This document shows, one piece after another, positions 54,198 through 63,906 of a stretch of 64,000 nt of DNA. Below the pieces are notes generated by a model. That model saw nothing but the letters and a program-made list of their open reading frames with translations, had not been told where the DNA came from and made no database searches. Each line of letters starts with the position of its first letter. Position 1 is the first letter of the stretch. The translations under genes and the position numbers were made by a program. The stretch lies in contig CADCII010000020.1 of the NCBI GenBank assembly GCA_902801515.1, forward strand, positions 2,097 to 66,096, written 5' to 3'. Source of the DNA: an uncultured Lachnospiraceae bacterium (lineage in GTDB: Bacteria; Bacillota; Clostridia; Lachnospirales; Lachnospiraceae).

Positions 54198-55565
54198 TCA
54201 TAAAATGAAATCGGCGTATTCTTCATCGACGGGATCGTCACTCACAGCTTCACTTTTTGCATATGAGAATTCATCCGATCCGAGCAGTTTTTCGACATTC
54301 ATGTCCGGGTGCTGGTACAGAATATCCAGCAGCTCGATAAAGTCGCGGATCACTTCACGCGGAGTGATGTGGGAATCCGCCCCGATCCGCCCGTACTCGA
54401 TCCGGATGAAAGTCACCAGATCTCCGGTGGATATGGTCCTGGGATACCCGTACAGCCCTGCGTGCATATCGGCAAGCTTCTCACACAGCACCATCATCTC
54501 CTCGGAAGTCAGAGCCTCCAGGCGAATGACGGGAGCCAGCAGATCCCGGGAGCCTTCCCTGGAAAATTTCCCTTCCGAGAGGCGGGATCGCAGTGCCTCA
54601 TAGCTGTAGATGCCCCTTCTGGTATCCTCGATGCACTGAGGCGTTCCGCTCATGAGGATCCCCAGATACTGGGCCTTCCCCTGAAGCGTATCGTTGTACA
54701 TGGTAAGGATCTTCTCATAATTGTTATTGCGGGTGATGGACTGGGGGATCTTGTAGATATTCACCAGTTCGTCGATAAAGATCAGCAGGCCCCTGTAGCC
54801 GGCGAGCCGGAAGAACATGGCGAACAGCTTCAGGTAATCATACCAGTCATCATCAGTAATGATCACATTAACGCCAAGATCTCTGCGGGCCTCCGTCTTT
54901 GTGGCATACTCACCGCGGAGCCATTTAATGACCTTTCCTCTGGTCTCGTCGTCATCGGACAGGTACGCACGGTAGTAGAGCGTGATCAGGCGTGCGAAAT
55001 CAAAGCCGTGGACCATCTCGCCAAGAGAGTTGATGACCTCACGGATCATTTTTCCGACTTCATCCGGAAATGAAGGCGCCGATACGTCAAGCCCTGTGCG
55101 CTCCGCGACAGCAGACTGAACCGCGCTGATCCAGCGGTCGAGGACCAGCGTCAGGGCTCCACCCTCCGGCCTGGTCTTCGTGGCAAGGTTTGAGATCAGT
55201 TCACGGTAGGTCGCAAGCCCCTGCCCCCGGGTGCCCTGCAGGCGCCTCTCGGGAGAGAGGTCGGCATCCATGACAGCAAAACCTCTGTCCATCACGTTAT
55301 TGCGGATCGTCTGCAGCAGGAAACTCTTGCCGCTTCCGTAGCGTCCGACGATGAAGCGGAAAGACGCCCCGCCCTCGCCAATGATCTCCACATCCCGCAG
55401 CAGCGCCTCGATCTCACTGGTGCGCCCGACCGTGATGTAGGGAAGCCCGACCCTTGGAACGACGCCGCCCTTCAGGGAACTGATGACCGCCTGGGCGATC
55501 CTTTTGGGGACTTTCCTTCCTGTCTGCGGGGAAGTGCTCTGATTCATCTGTATACTGTCTGCCAT
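54198..55565 (-). CDS. DUF2791 / BrxD-like P-loop ATPase
   Basis: KRIAQAVISSLKGGVVPRVGLPYITVGR, Walker A (VGRYGSGKSF), Walker B (LLIFIDELV) and the acidic tail EEYADFIL match my recollection of BREX BrxD/DUF2791 proteins. The ATG at 55565 has an AGGAG RBS; the track start at 55571 is a TTG. Confidence 0.7.
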   Translation of the reverse strand: MADSIQMNQSTSPQTGRKVPKRIAQAVISSLKGGVVPRVGLPYITVGRTSEIEALLRDVEIIGEGGASFRFIVGRYGSGKSFLLQTIRNNVMDRGFAVMDADLSPERRLQGTRGQGLATYRELISNLATKTRPEGGALTLVLDRWISAVQSAVAERTGLDVSAPSFPDEVGKMIREVINSLGEMVHGFDFARLITLYYRAYLSDDDETRGKVIKWLRGEYATKTEARRDLGVNVIITDDDWYDYLKLFAMFFRLAGYRGLLIFIDELVNIYKIPQSITRNNNYEKILTMYNDTLQGKAQYLGILMSGTPQCIEDTRRGIYSYEALRSRLSEGKFSREGSRDLLAPVIRLEALTSEEMMVLCEKLADMHAGLYGYPRTISTGDLVTFIRIEYGRIGADSHITPREVIRDFIELLDILYQHPDMNVEKLLGSDEFSYAKSEAVSDDPVDEEYADFIL

Positions 55566-55790
55566 CAACAATCTCCTGAAAATGAACTGCCGGTAGATAT
55601 TGCCTGACCGGCAAACCGGTCTGAAACGTATCTATCATTGTACCATACTTTTCGAATATTTGTTCGACTATTTTCAGGCGCATCATCAGCTTGCCTTTAG
55701 CGGACTATCGGCGTACCTGCGCAGGGCCGCCTGGAGTATTCGGAAAATCCGCCAACAGAAATGCTGTCTGCCGCCGCAGATATATGTACC

Positions 55791-55819
55791 TTGCACGAAA
55801 ATTCTGATATACTGATAAT
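55791..55819 (+). promoter_or_regulatory. Sigma-70-type promoter of the udp-cdd-deoC operon
   Basis: A -35 box TTGCAC is separated by a 17-nt spacer from a -10 box GATAAT. The site lies about 70 nt upstream of the udp ATG. Confidence 0.45.
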
Positions 55820-55889
55820 CAGTCGGAATGTCTGCCGCGGACGGAGAAGGGGCAGACTGTGGAGATTAAATAAAAGGAGGCATAAAGAT

Positions 55890-56675
55890 ATGGTAGATTA
55901 CACAGAAGGATCTGGTAAACAGTATCATATTGGGGTAGCTCCGGGAGAGGTTGGAAGATACGTGATCCTGCCGGGAGATCCGAAACGCTGTGCAAAGATC
56001 GCGGCATATTTTGACGATCCGGTACTGGTTGCTGATAACCGTGAATACGTAACATATACCGGAACGCTGGACGGCGTCAGAGTCTCCGTAACTTCCACGG
56101 GAATCGGCGGACCGTCCGCATCGATCGCCGTCGAAGAACTGAAACGCTGCGGCGCTGACACATTTATCAGAGTCGGTACCTGCGGCGGCATGCAGCTGGA
56201 CGTCTGCGGCGGAGACCTGGTCATAGCTACAGGCGCGATCCGCGCGGAAGGCACCAGCAAGGAATATGCACCGATCGAATATCCGGCAGTGGCGGACTTT
56301 GACGTGACCATCGCCCTGAGAGAAGCTGCGAAGAAACTGGGATTCACTGCACATCTTGGCGTTGTCCAGTGCAAGGACTCCTTCTACGGACAGCATGAGC
56401 CGGAAGTAAAGCCGATCGGATATGATCTGCTCAACAAATGGGATGCCTGGGTGAAATGCGGCTGCAAGGCTTCCGAGATGGAGTCGGCTGCCCTGTTTAT
56501 CGTATCCTCCTGCCTGAATGTAAGGTCCGGGACCGTTCTTCTGACGGTTGCCAACCAGGAACGCGCTAAACTGAACATGCCCAACAAGCAGGCACATGAT
56601 ACATCCATGGCGATCCAGACGGCAGTCGAGGCGATCCGCATGCTGATTAAACAGGACGGAGCACAGGCAGAATAA
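55890..56675 (+). CDS. udp: Uridine phosphorylase
   Basis: [37 protein letters not shown] and EMESAAL all parallel E. coli Udp. The RBS is AAAGGAGG. Confidence 0.85.
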   Translation: MVDYTEGSGKQYHIGVAPGEVGRYVILPGDPKRCAKIAAYFDDPVLVADNREYVTYTGTLDGVRVSVTSTGIGGPSASIAVEELKRCGADTFIRVGTCGGMQLDVCGGDLVIATGAIRAEGTSKEYAPIEYPAVADFDVTIALREAAKKLGFTAHLGVVQCKDSFYGQHEPEVKPIGYDLLNKWDAWVKCGCKASEMESAALFIVSSCLNVRSGTVLLTVANQERAKLNMPNKQAHDTSMAIQTAVEAIRMLIKQDGAQAE

Positions 56676-56686
56676 GAGGTGTGAGT

Positions 56687-57118
56687 ATGGGACAGAACAC
56701 GCTGAGTCAGGAAACAGTCAGGAAACTGTGCGAGACAGCTGTTGCCATGAGACAGAAAAGCTACGTGCCGTATTCTCATTTCCGCGTAGGCGCAGCCCTA
56801 CTGACCGAAGAAGGAGAGATCTTCACGGGATGCAACGTAGAGAACGCAGCATTCACCCCTACGAACTGCGCCGAGAGGACTGCGATATTCAAAGCGATCA
56901 GCGAAGGATATCACAGGTTTGCCGCGATCGCAATCAGCGGCGGGCCGGAGGACGGGGAACTGCAGTACTGCCCGCCCTGCGGTGTATGCAGGCAGGTCAT
57001 GGCAGAATTCTGCCGAGGAGATTTCCCGGTTTATCTGGCAAAGTCAGGGACGGACTATGAGGAATATACCCTCAGCGACGTACTTCCGATGCGCTTTACG
57101 CCGGACAATCTGAAGTGA
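56687..57118 (+). CDS. cdd: Cytidine deaminase
   Basis: The zinc-binding motifs are CAERTAIFKA (C/HAE) and PCGVCRQVM (PCxxC). Confidence 0.9.
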   Translation: MGQNTLSQETVRKLCETAVAMRQKSYVPYSHFRVGAALLTEEGEIFTGCNVENAAFTPTNCAERTAIFKAISEGYHRFAAIAISGGPEDGELQYCPPCGVCRQVMAEFCRGDFPVYLAKSGTDYEEYTLSDVLPMRFTPDNLK

Positions 57119-57187
57119 TGCATCAGGTCTGCAGACGGCAGATCAGTACAGAAAATACAGCAAAAACAGTATGAAGGAGAATGAATT

Positions 57188-57826
57188 ATGGGTAATATTG
57201 CAGGAATGATCGATCACACTCTGCTGAAGGCAGCTGCCACATCAGCTGATATCAAAAAGATCTGTGCAGAAGCCAGAGAATACAAGTTCGCGTCGGTCTG
57301 CGTCAACAGCTGCTACGCAAAACTTGTCACAGAACAGCTGGCAGGGACCGGAGTGAAGACCTGCTGTGTCGTAGGCTTCCCCCTTGGTGCCATGTCTACA
57401 GAAGCAAAGGCTTATGAAGCAAAATGCGCTGTCGCTGACGGTGCTGCCGAGATCGATATGGTCATCAATGTCGGCGCGGTCAAGGAAGGAAATGACCAGT
57501 TTGTGGAAGATGATATCCGTGCAGTAGTAGAGGCATCAAAACCTGCGATCGTCAAGGTGATCATCGAGACCTGCCTGCTCACAGATGAGGAGAAGGTCAG
57601 GGCGTGCGAACTGTCCGAGAAGGCAGGAGCCGCATTCGTCAAGACGTCAACCGGATTCTCTACCGGTGGAGCCAATGCCCACGACGTGGCCCTGATGCGG
57701 AAGACTGTCGGTGACCGTCTGCAGGTCAAGGCGTCCGGCGGCATCCACACTCCGGACCAGGCACAGGAACTGATCGAAGCAGGCGCGGACAGGATCGGAG
57801 CCAGCAACGGCGTAGCGCTTCTGTAA
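57188..57826 (+). CDS. deoC: Deoxyribose-phosphate aldolase
   Basis: [18 protein letters not shown] (the Schiff-base Lys) and VKASGGI are present. Confidence 0.9.
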   Translation: MGNIAGMIDHTLLKAAATSADIKKICAEAREYKFASVCVNSCYAKLVTEQLAGTGVKTCCVVGFPLGAMSTEAKAYEAKCAVADGAAEIDMVINVGAVKEGNDQFVEDDIRAVVEASKPAIVKVIIETCLLTDEEKVRACELSEKAGAAFVKTSTGFSTGGANAHDVALMRKTVGDRLQVKASGGIHTPDQAQELIEAGADRIGASNGVALL

Positions 57827-57859
57827 GATCCGGGCAGCAGATCATAAACAGAGACAGAA

Positions 57860-58636
57860 ATGAACGGACATAAGATTCAGGTATGGGCGCATCGCGGAGC
57901 TTCCGCCTATGCGCCCGAGAATACCATGGAAGCGTATATCCTGGCGCATCAGTACGGAGCGGACGGGATCGAGCTGGATGTGCATCTTTCAAAAGACGGG
58001 GAGATTGTTGTCATCCACGACGAGAAAGTCAACCGCACTTCAGACGGAAAGGGATATGTCAGGAACTATACGCTGAAACAGCTGAAGAAATTCAATTATA
58101 ACCGGACCCGTCCGACACATTTTCATGCTGAGATCCCTACGCTCCGGGATGTGCTGGAATATCTGCAGGATAAGCCTCAGATGAGCCTGAATATAGAACT
58201 GAAGACCAATGTCTTCTCCTATGACGGCATCGAGCAGAAGACGATCGATCTGGTACATCAGACTGGAATGGCACAGAGGGTGATCTACTCCTCCTTCAAC
58301 CATTATTCGATAAGAAGGGTTCAGCAGATCGATCCGGAGGCAAAGGTCGGACTTCTGTATGAGGACGGATTTATCGACGTGCCTCAGTACGCGGCAAAAC
58401 TTGGAGTGGACGCACTTCATCCGAAGTACATCAACCTGCGCTATCCGGGCTATCTGGAAGACTGCAGGCGTTTCGGCCTGGACATCAACGTCTGGACGAT
58501 CAATGATGAACAGATGATGCGGGACATGTGCGCCGCCGGCGTGCATGCGATCATCACCAATGATCCGGCCCTGGCGATCCGGGTCAGGGATGAGTTTGAA
58601 AGAACCGGGCAGGCTGCAGGCGGAGTGAAGGTCTGA
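57860..58636 (+). CDS. Glycerophosphodiester phosphodiesterase
   Basis: AHRGASAYAPENTMEAY, GIELDVHLSKDGEIVVIHD and NIELK are present. Confidence 0.85.
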   Translation: MNGHKIQVWAHRGASAYAPENTMEAYILAHQYGADGIELDVHLSKDGEIVVIHDEKVNRTSDGKGYVRNYTLKQLKKFNYNRTRPTHFHAEIPTLRDVLEYLQDKPQMSLNIELKTNVFSYDGIEQKTIDLVHQTGMAQRVIYSSFNHYSIRRVQQIDPEAKVGLLYEDGFIDVPQYAAKLGVDALHPKYINLRYPGYLEDCRRFGLDINVWTINDEQMMRDMCAAGVHAIITNDPALAIRVRDEFERTGQAAGGVKV

Positions 58637-58739
58637 AAGGACCGGGCAGGATGCGGGGAGCATCGATCCGGTGCCGGAGACATATTTAAGAATCTGGCGC
58701 CCCGGGAACAAGGGGGTTCCCGGAATAAGGGGAGAAACT

Positions 58740-59783
58740 ATGGACAGGATTAAACGATACGCAGGGGTGATCATTGCGGCAGCCACAGTCATGACTGCCG
58801 CATTTGCCATGCCCGCGGGCGCCGTCACGCTGGACTGGAACGATCTGACGGACGCGCAGCAGGAGAATGCCTACAAGAAACTGGAATCTGAAAATGAAGA
58901 CCTGAAGAAGCGGATCAAAGAGCTGGAAGGGCAGCTGGGCATATCCGGTGAGACTTCAGGCGAGAGCGCATCAGAAGGCAGCGCTTCCACGGCAGGTACC
59001 TCATCAGACAGTGCTTCCGGCCAGACCGGATCAGATGGCAGCACCTCTTCAGGCAGTGATACAGGTATCGCAGCGGATACATCGACAGATGACGATACGT
59101 CAGCAGCGGCTGCTGAAGCGCAGGCAAGCGCAGTGCGCAGCATCGACGGTTTCCTGAATGATCTGGCAGCTTCCTTCGAAGCGCGCCAGGAGATCGCACG
59201 AACGCACACGACAGACGAAGTCAGTGCCATGAGCGACGCGGACATGTGGGCCTTCCGTTTTCAGTGCGCCGAGGCGGAGCGCAGTTTCTATGACAGCTAT
59301 TCAGAAGCCCAGTTTGATGACCTGAATGTCTTCTATCTGTGCTCGGAATACTGCCTCGGTCTTGGAAAACAGTTCCAGGCAGAAGAGGTCTGGAACAGTT
59401 CCGGCAACGGGGATGAGGCAAATAAACTCTACACAGCCGGATACTACAACCGTGCGTATGCGCTCGTTGAACTGTGCGAATATTACGGACTGGACCTTGC
59501 GGAAGAATACCGGAACCTGAAGGATGCGGTAAGGCAGATGGATGCGCTCAGCGGCGATGAGACGAGAAATTCAGCCGCCGACCCGCAGGATGTGATGAAG
59601 GTCCAGGAACTGCTTAACAATATAGGTTTCCTGTGCGGGACGCCGGACGGGATCGCGGGTCGTCAGACGACCAGCTGCGTTGAACGCTTCCAGATGATGT
59701 ATGGCTACGAACCCGCAGACGGAATCATTGACGATGAACTGATCACCCAGCTTACAGACATTCTCGCGCGCAAACAGGGCTGA
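58740..59783 (+). CDS. Secreted protein with coiled coil, Ser/Gly-rich linker and C-terminal peptidoglycan-binding (PG_binding_1-like) domain
   Basis: The signal peptide is MDRIKRYAGVIIAAATVMTAAFAMPAGA. The C-terminus reads VQELLNNIGFLCGTPDGIAGRQTTSCVERFQMMYGYEPADGIIDDEL. A GGGGAG RBS precedes 58740. Confidence 0.7.
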   Translation: MDRIKRYAGVIIAAATVMTAAFAMPAGAVTLDWNDLTDAQQENAYKKLESENEDLKKRIKELEGQLGISGETSGESASEGSASTAGTSSDSASGQTGSDGSTSSGSDTGIAADTSTDDDTSAAAAEAQASAVRSIDGFLNDLAASFEARQEIARTHTTDEVSAMSDADMWAFRFQCAEAERSFYDSYSEAQFDDLNVFYLCSEYCLGLGKQFQAEEVWNSSGNGDEANKLYTAGYYNRAYALVELCEYYGLDLAEEYRNLKDAVRQMDALSGDETRNSAADPQDVMKVQELLNNIGFLCGTPDGIAGRQTTSCVERFQMMYGYEPADGIIDDELITQLTDILARKQG

Positions 59784-59811
59784 GTGAGACTGCCGGAGCA
59801 GACCGGAGGAT

Positions 59812-61086
59812 ATGGCATTGAAAATACTGGCAATCATACTGTTTCTGACAATGTACGTTCTCATGACGATCTTCATGAAGAGACGTATCTGGATCGTGCT
59901 GGCAACCGCACTGATTTTCATAGCGACCGGCATCCTGCCGCTTGCCGCGATCCCTTCAGCGATCAACTGGAATGTGCTGCTGATGATCGGAGGCACCATG
60001 GTACTTGTGGATTTCTTCATAGAATCCAGAATGCCGAACCTGATCGCGGACTGGCTGCTGGACAAAGCCAGAAATGTCATGTGGGTCATCATCTACATGT
60101 CCCTGTTTGCCGGTTTCATATCTGCTTTTGTCGATAATGTAGCTACGGTACTGATGGTAGCTCCCGTCGGGATCGCCGTCTGCCGGAAACTGAAGATCTC
60201 CCCGGTACCGATGATCCTGTCGATCGCAGTCTCGTCCAACCTGCAGGGCGCCGCGACGCTGGTCGGCGACACGACCTCGATCATGCTGGGTGCCTACGCG
60301 AAGATGGACTTTATGTCCTTCTTCTGGATGGAAGGAAGACTGGGCATCTTCTTTGCCGTAGAATTGGGAGCACTCGCGACAGTTCCGGTCATGATGATAT
60401 TGTTCCGGGGATTCCGCCAGAGTGTCAGGGCAGAGACCAGGACGAAAGTTGAGGATATGTTCCCGACAGTGATACTGGTACTCATGGTGGTCCTGCTGAT
60501 CGCAGCCTCCTTCATCCCCGGCAAACCGGAGATCACGAACGGAGCAATCTGCTGCATCCTTGCAGCCGTGGCTGCGGTAAGAGAGGTGCTGAAGAGCCAC
60601 AGGAGCGACGGTGCGGTGCATGCACTGAAGGCTGTCGACTTTGAGACCCTCCTGCTTCTTGTCGGCCTGTTCCTGGTGATCGAAGGAATCACCCAGGCAG
60701 GAGTGATTACCGACGTTGCCAATGCGATCGCGTCTGTGGGCGGCAGGAACATGTTCCTGCTCTATACGATCATCGTATGGGGCTCTGTCGCAGCATCCGC
60801 GTTTGTCGACAACATTCCCTACGTCGCCACCATGCTCCCGGTTATCAGAGGGATCACTGCGGCGCTCGGAGTCGAACCTTACCTGCTTTATTTCGGACTT
60901 CTTACAGGGGCAACATTGGGAGGCAACCTGACGCCGATCGGCGCTTCCGCGAACATAACTGCGACAGGACTTCTGAAGAGAGAAGGATACGAGATCTCAT
61001 TTGGCGACTTCGCAAAGATCGGGATCCCGTTCACACTGATAGCCGTGATGACCGGATATTTATTTATCTGGTTCGTGTGGGCGTAA
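59812..61086 (+). CDS. ArsB/NhaD-superfamily (SLC13-like) anion permease
   Basis: The 424-aa protein has about 11-12 TM helices. Its pattern (VLLMIGGTMVLVDFF, FVDNVATVLMVAPV, FVDNIPYVATMLPV) shows a duplicated FVDN motif. Confidence 0.7.
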   Translation: MALKILAIILFLTMYVLMTIFMKRRIWIVLATALIFIATGILPLAAIPSAINWNVLLMIGGTMVLVDFFIESRMPNLIADWLLDKARNVMWVIIYMSLFAGFISAFVDNVATVLMVAPVGIAVCRKLKISPVPMILSIAVSSNLQGAATLVGDTTSIMLGAYAKMDFMSFFWMEGRLGIFFAVELGALATVPVMMILFRGFRQSVRAETRTKVEDMFPTVILVLMVVLLIAASFIPGKPEITNGAICCILAAVAAVREVLKSHRSDGAVHALKAVDFETLLLLVGLFLVIEGITQAGVITDVANAIASVGGRNMFLLYTIIVWGSVAASAFVDNIPYVATMLPVIRGITAALGVEPYLLYFGLLTGATLGGNLTPIGASANITATGLLKREGYEISFGDFAKIGIPFTLIAVMTGYLFIWFVWA

Positions 61087-61120
61087 GGCGTATCAGAGAA
61101 GGAAAAGACCTGAAGATAAA

Positions 61121-61151
61121 TACAGCCCTGAGCAGTGCGCTCAGGGCTGTA
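61121..61151. terminator. Bidirectional hairpin between convergent permease and putP genes
   Basis: TACAGCCCTGAGC-AGTGC-GCTCAGGGCTGTA forms a perfect 13-bp stem. Confidence 0.55.
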
Positions 61152-61170
61152 AATGAATAACCGGACTTAA

Positions 61171-62733
61171 TTACATGGCCGCTACCTTATCGAAGGTATC
61201 GGTCACTTCTTTATCAGGAGCCTTCGTCACCAGGCTGACGATGACGATTGCCAGACTGGACAGGATGAATGCCGGAAGCAGTTCATAGATATCCAGCACG
61301 CCGCCCATGGGACGGACAGCGAACTTCCAGATAAAGATCATGGCGCCGCCGACGACCATGCCTGCGAGGGCACCCTGGCGGTTCGTGCGTCTCCAGAACA
61401 GGGAGAACAGCATCAGCGGACCGAACGCCGCGCCGAAGCCGGCCCATGCGAAGGAGACGATACGGAATACAGAACTCTCCGGATTCCAGGCAAGGAACAC
61501 GCCGATCACAGCAATGATCAGGAGGCTGCCGCGGGCAACCTTCAGGTGAGTCTTACTGTCAAGCTTCAGTCCGAAGAAACCGGAGAGAATATCCTGGGAG
61601 ACCGAACTGGAAGCTGCCAGAAGCTGGGAATCCGCGGTGGACATGGTAGAAGCCATGATGCCGGAGAGGATCAGACCTGCAAACAGTGCCGGGACAAATC
61701 CAAAGGTACTCAGACGGTGCGCGATCGATACGATGATGGTCTCGGCGCTTCCGGAAGTGGTCAGCTGCGGGATCACACCTGCAGCAGTCATGCCAAGACC
61801 GATGACACCGATCATGATGGCAACACCCATGGCGATGACGACCCAGACGCTGGCGATGCGGCGGGAAAGCTTCAGTTTATTTTCATCCTCGATCGCCATG
61901 AAGCGAAGAAGGATGTGGGGCATTCCGAAATATCCAAGGCCCCACGCGAGTGTGGAGACGATGGTCAGGAATCCGTAAGGAGTAGTGGTGCCGGCCGCGA
62001 ACAGATCCTTGGGATCCGGAACATGGCTGAAGGCCAGTGACAGGTGGCCTGCAAGCCCCTTTGCATTCTCAAGCACCGCACCCATACCACCGGCCTGGTT
62101 GATGCCGAAGAAGAGGACAATGGTAAGAGCGATCGACATGATGATGCTCTGGACCAGGTCCGTCATACTTGCAGCCAGGAAGCCTCCGGTCATGGTATAG
62201 AAGATGACTACGATCGCGCCTACGATCATGGCAAGATGATAATCCACATTGAACAGGGATGAGAACAGCTTACCGATCGCGGAGAACCCGGACGCGGTAT
62301 AGGGGATGAAGAAGATGACGATCACGAGTGCCGCGATCAGTGTCAGGACATTCTTCTTATCACCATAACGGTTCGAGAAGAACTGAGGGAGCGTGATAGA
62401 GTTCCCTGCAGCGTGGGAATAGCGGCGGAGCCTCTTTGCGACGATCAGCCAGTTGATATAGGTTCCGACTGCCAGGCCGATTGCGGTCCAGACCGGTTCG
62501 GCGATACCGGACAGATAAGCAAGTCCGGGCAGTCCCATCAGCAGCCAGCTGCTCATGTCGGAAGCCTCGGCGCTCATGGCCGTGACAAAAGGCCCGAGCT
62601 GGCGTCCGCCCAGATAGAAATCGCCGACTGTCTCATTTTTCCTGGAAGCCAGGAAACCGATGGTCAGCATACCGAGCAGATACGCAACCATTGCAACAAT
62701 AATTCCAAATAATGATACACCCGATAGATCCAT
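61171..62733 (-). CDS. putP: Sodium/proline symporter (SSS family)
   Basis: [29 protein letters not shown] closely parallels E. coli PutP ([28 protein letters not shown]). The ATG at 62733 has a GAGGAG RBS. Confidence 0.85.
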   Translation of the reverse strand: [520 protein letters not shown]

Positions 62734-62891
62734 ACTCTCACTCCTCTGCCGCACAGGGCGGCGACTGGTTTATACAACACTGCAACTCATTAATGCATTA
62801 AAGCACGATTGGTGTGAATTATACCACAGCAGTCCTGAGTGAACAAGTGTATATATCCATTCAGCAGGTAAACTGTTATAATAGTTGCATT

Positions 62892-63863
62892 ATGAAAGAC
62901 AGTTACGGAAGAGAGATCAACTACATAAGGATATCCCTGACCGACAGGTGCAACCTGAGGTGTATCTACTGTATGCCCGAGGGAGTCGAACTGGTTCCCA
63001 GAGAGGAGATCCTGAGAGAGCAGGAGATCCTGGAGATCGCAGGGGCAGCCGCCCGTGTGGGAATCAGCCATGTCAAACTGACCGGGGGAGAGCCGCTTGT
63101 AAGGCGCTGCTGCAGGAGGCTGATCCGGGAAATGAAGCAGGTTCCGGGGATCGAGACAGTGACGCTCACGACCAACGGAGTGCTCCTGAAAGAGCACCTT
63201 GAGAGCCTGAAGGAAAGCGGGATCGACGGGATCAATGTCAGCCTGGACACGGCAGATCCGGATCTTTACCGGAAGATCACAGGCGGCGGAGACGTATCTG
63301 TGGTGACAGACGCGATCCGCGCAAGCGTGGACGCGGGGATCCGGACGAAGATCAATGCGGTCGCCCTGAGTGAGGAAAATGAAACGCTTCTCGAATTTGC
63401 AAGAGATTATCCGGTTGACGTCCGGTTTATAGAGATCATGCCGATCGGATACGGGACACGGTTCCCGCAGACCGACAACCGGAAGATACTGGAAACCATC
63501 CGGAAGAATCATCCGGACATAGAGAAGGATCCGTCAAAACACGGATTCGGGCCGGCAGTGTATTATCAGATCCCCGGCTTCAAAGGCGCAGTCGGTTTTA
63601 TAAGCGCCATCCACGGCAAGTTCTGCGGAAGCTGCAACCGTGTAAGGCTGACATCCATGGGGTATCTGAAGACCTGCCTGTGCTATGAAGACGGGACAGA
63701 CCTTAGGAAGATCGTCAGAGATGAGAACCTTACACAGCAGGAGAAGGAAGAGCGGCTGGCAGAAGCGATCCGGGAGGCGATCCTGAGAAAACCGGAAGCG
63801 CATTGCTTCGATGATCCGGTCGATATCACAGAGAAGCATCTGATGGCGTCAATCGGCGGATGA
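62892..63863 (+). CDS. moaA: GTP 3',8-cyclase (molybdenum cofactor biosynthesis protein A, radical SAM)
   Basis: INYIRISLTDRCNLRCIYCMPE carries the first cluster (CxxxCxxC). The C-terminal cluster is CGSCNRVRLTSMGYLKTCL. No obvious RBS precedes 62892. Confidence 0.9.
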   Translation: MKDSYGREINYIRISLTDRCNLRCIYCMPEGVELVPREEILREQEILEIAGAAARVGISHVKLTGGEPLVRRCCRRLIREMKQVPGIETVTLTTNGVLLKEHLESLKESGIDGINVSLDTADPDLYRKITGGGDVSVVTDAIRASVDAGIRTKINAVALSEENETLLEFARDYPVDVRFIEIMPIGYGTRFPQTDNRKILETIRKNHPDIEKDPSKHGFGPAVYYQIPGFKGAVGFISAIHGKFCGSCNRVRLTSMGYLKTCLCYEDGTDLRKIVRDENLTQQEKEERLAEAIREAILRKPEAHCFDDPVDITEKHLMASIGG

Positions 63864-63889
63864 ACAGGATGGCATCGATCGGCGGATGA
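63843..63889 (+). repeat. Imperfect 26-bp tandem duplication of the moaA 3' end
   Basis: ATGGCGTCAATCGGCGGATGA (63843-63863) recurs as ATGGCATCGATCGGCGGATGA (63869-63889). Confidence 0.85.
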
Positions 63890-63906
63890 CAGAAGGAGAC
63901 AGAGCG

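Noticed and set aside
51733-55565. Calling the ATPase-helicase pair a BREX system.
   Set aside because: No PglZ, PglX methyltransferase, BrxA/B/C/L or PglW gene is present anywhere in the window. Only the two accessory-type components are there, so the locus cannot be called BREX. It is reported as an orphan pair instead.
62755-62891. A possible Moco riboswitch upstream of moaA.
   Set aside because: The interval is only about 137 nt and must also hold the divergent putP promoter. I could not recognise the conserved Moco-motif helices. A TATAAT lies only about 10 nt before the ATG. This needs an Infernal scan, but nothing supports it by eye.
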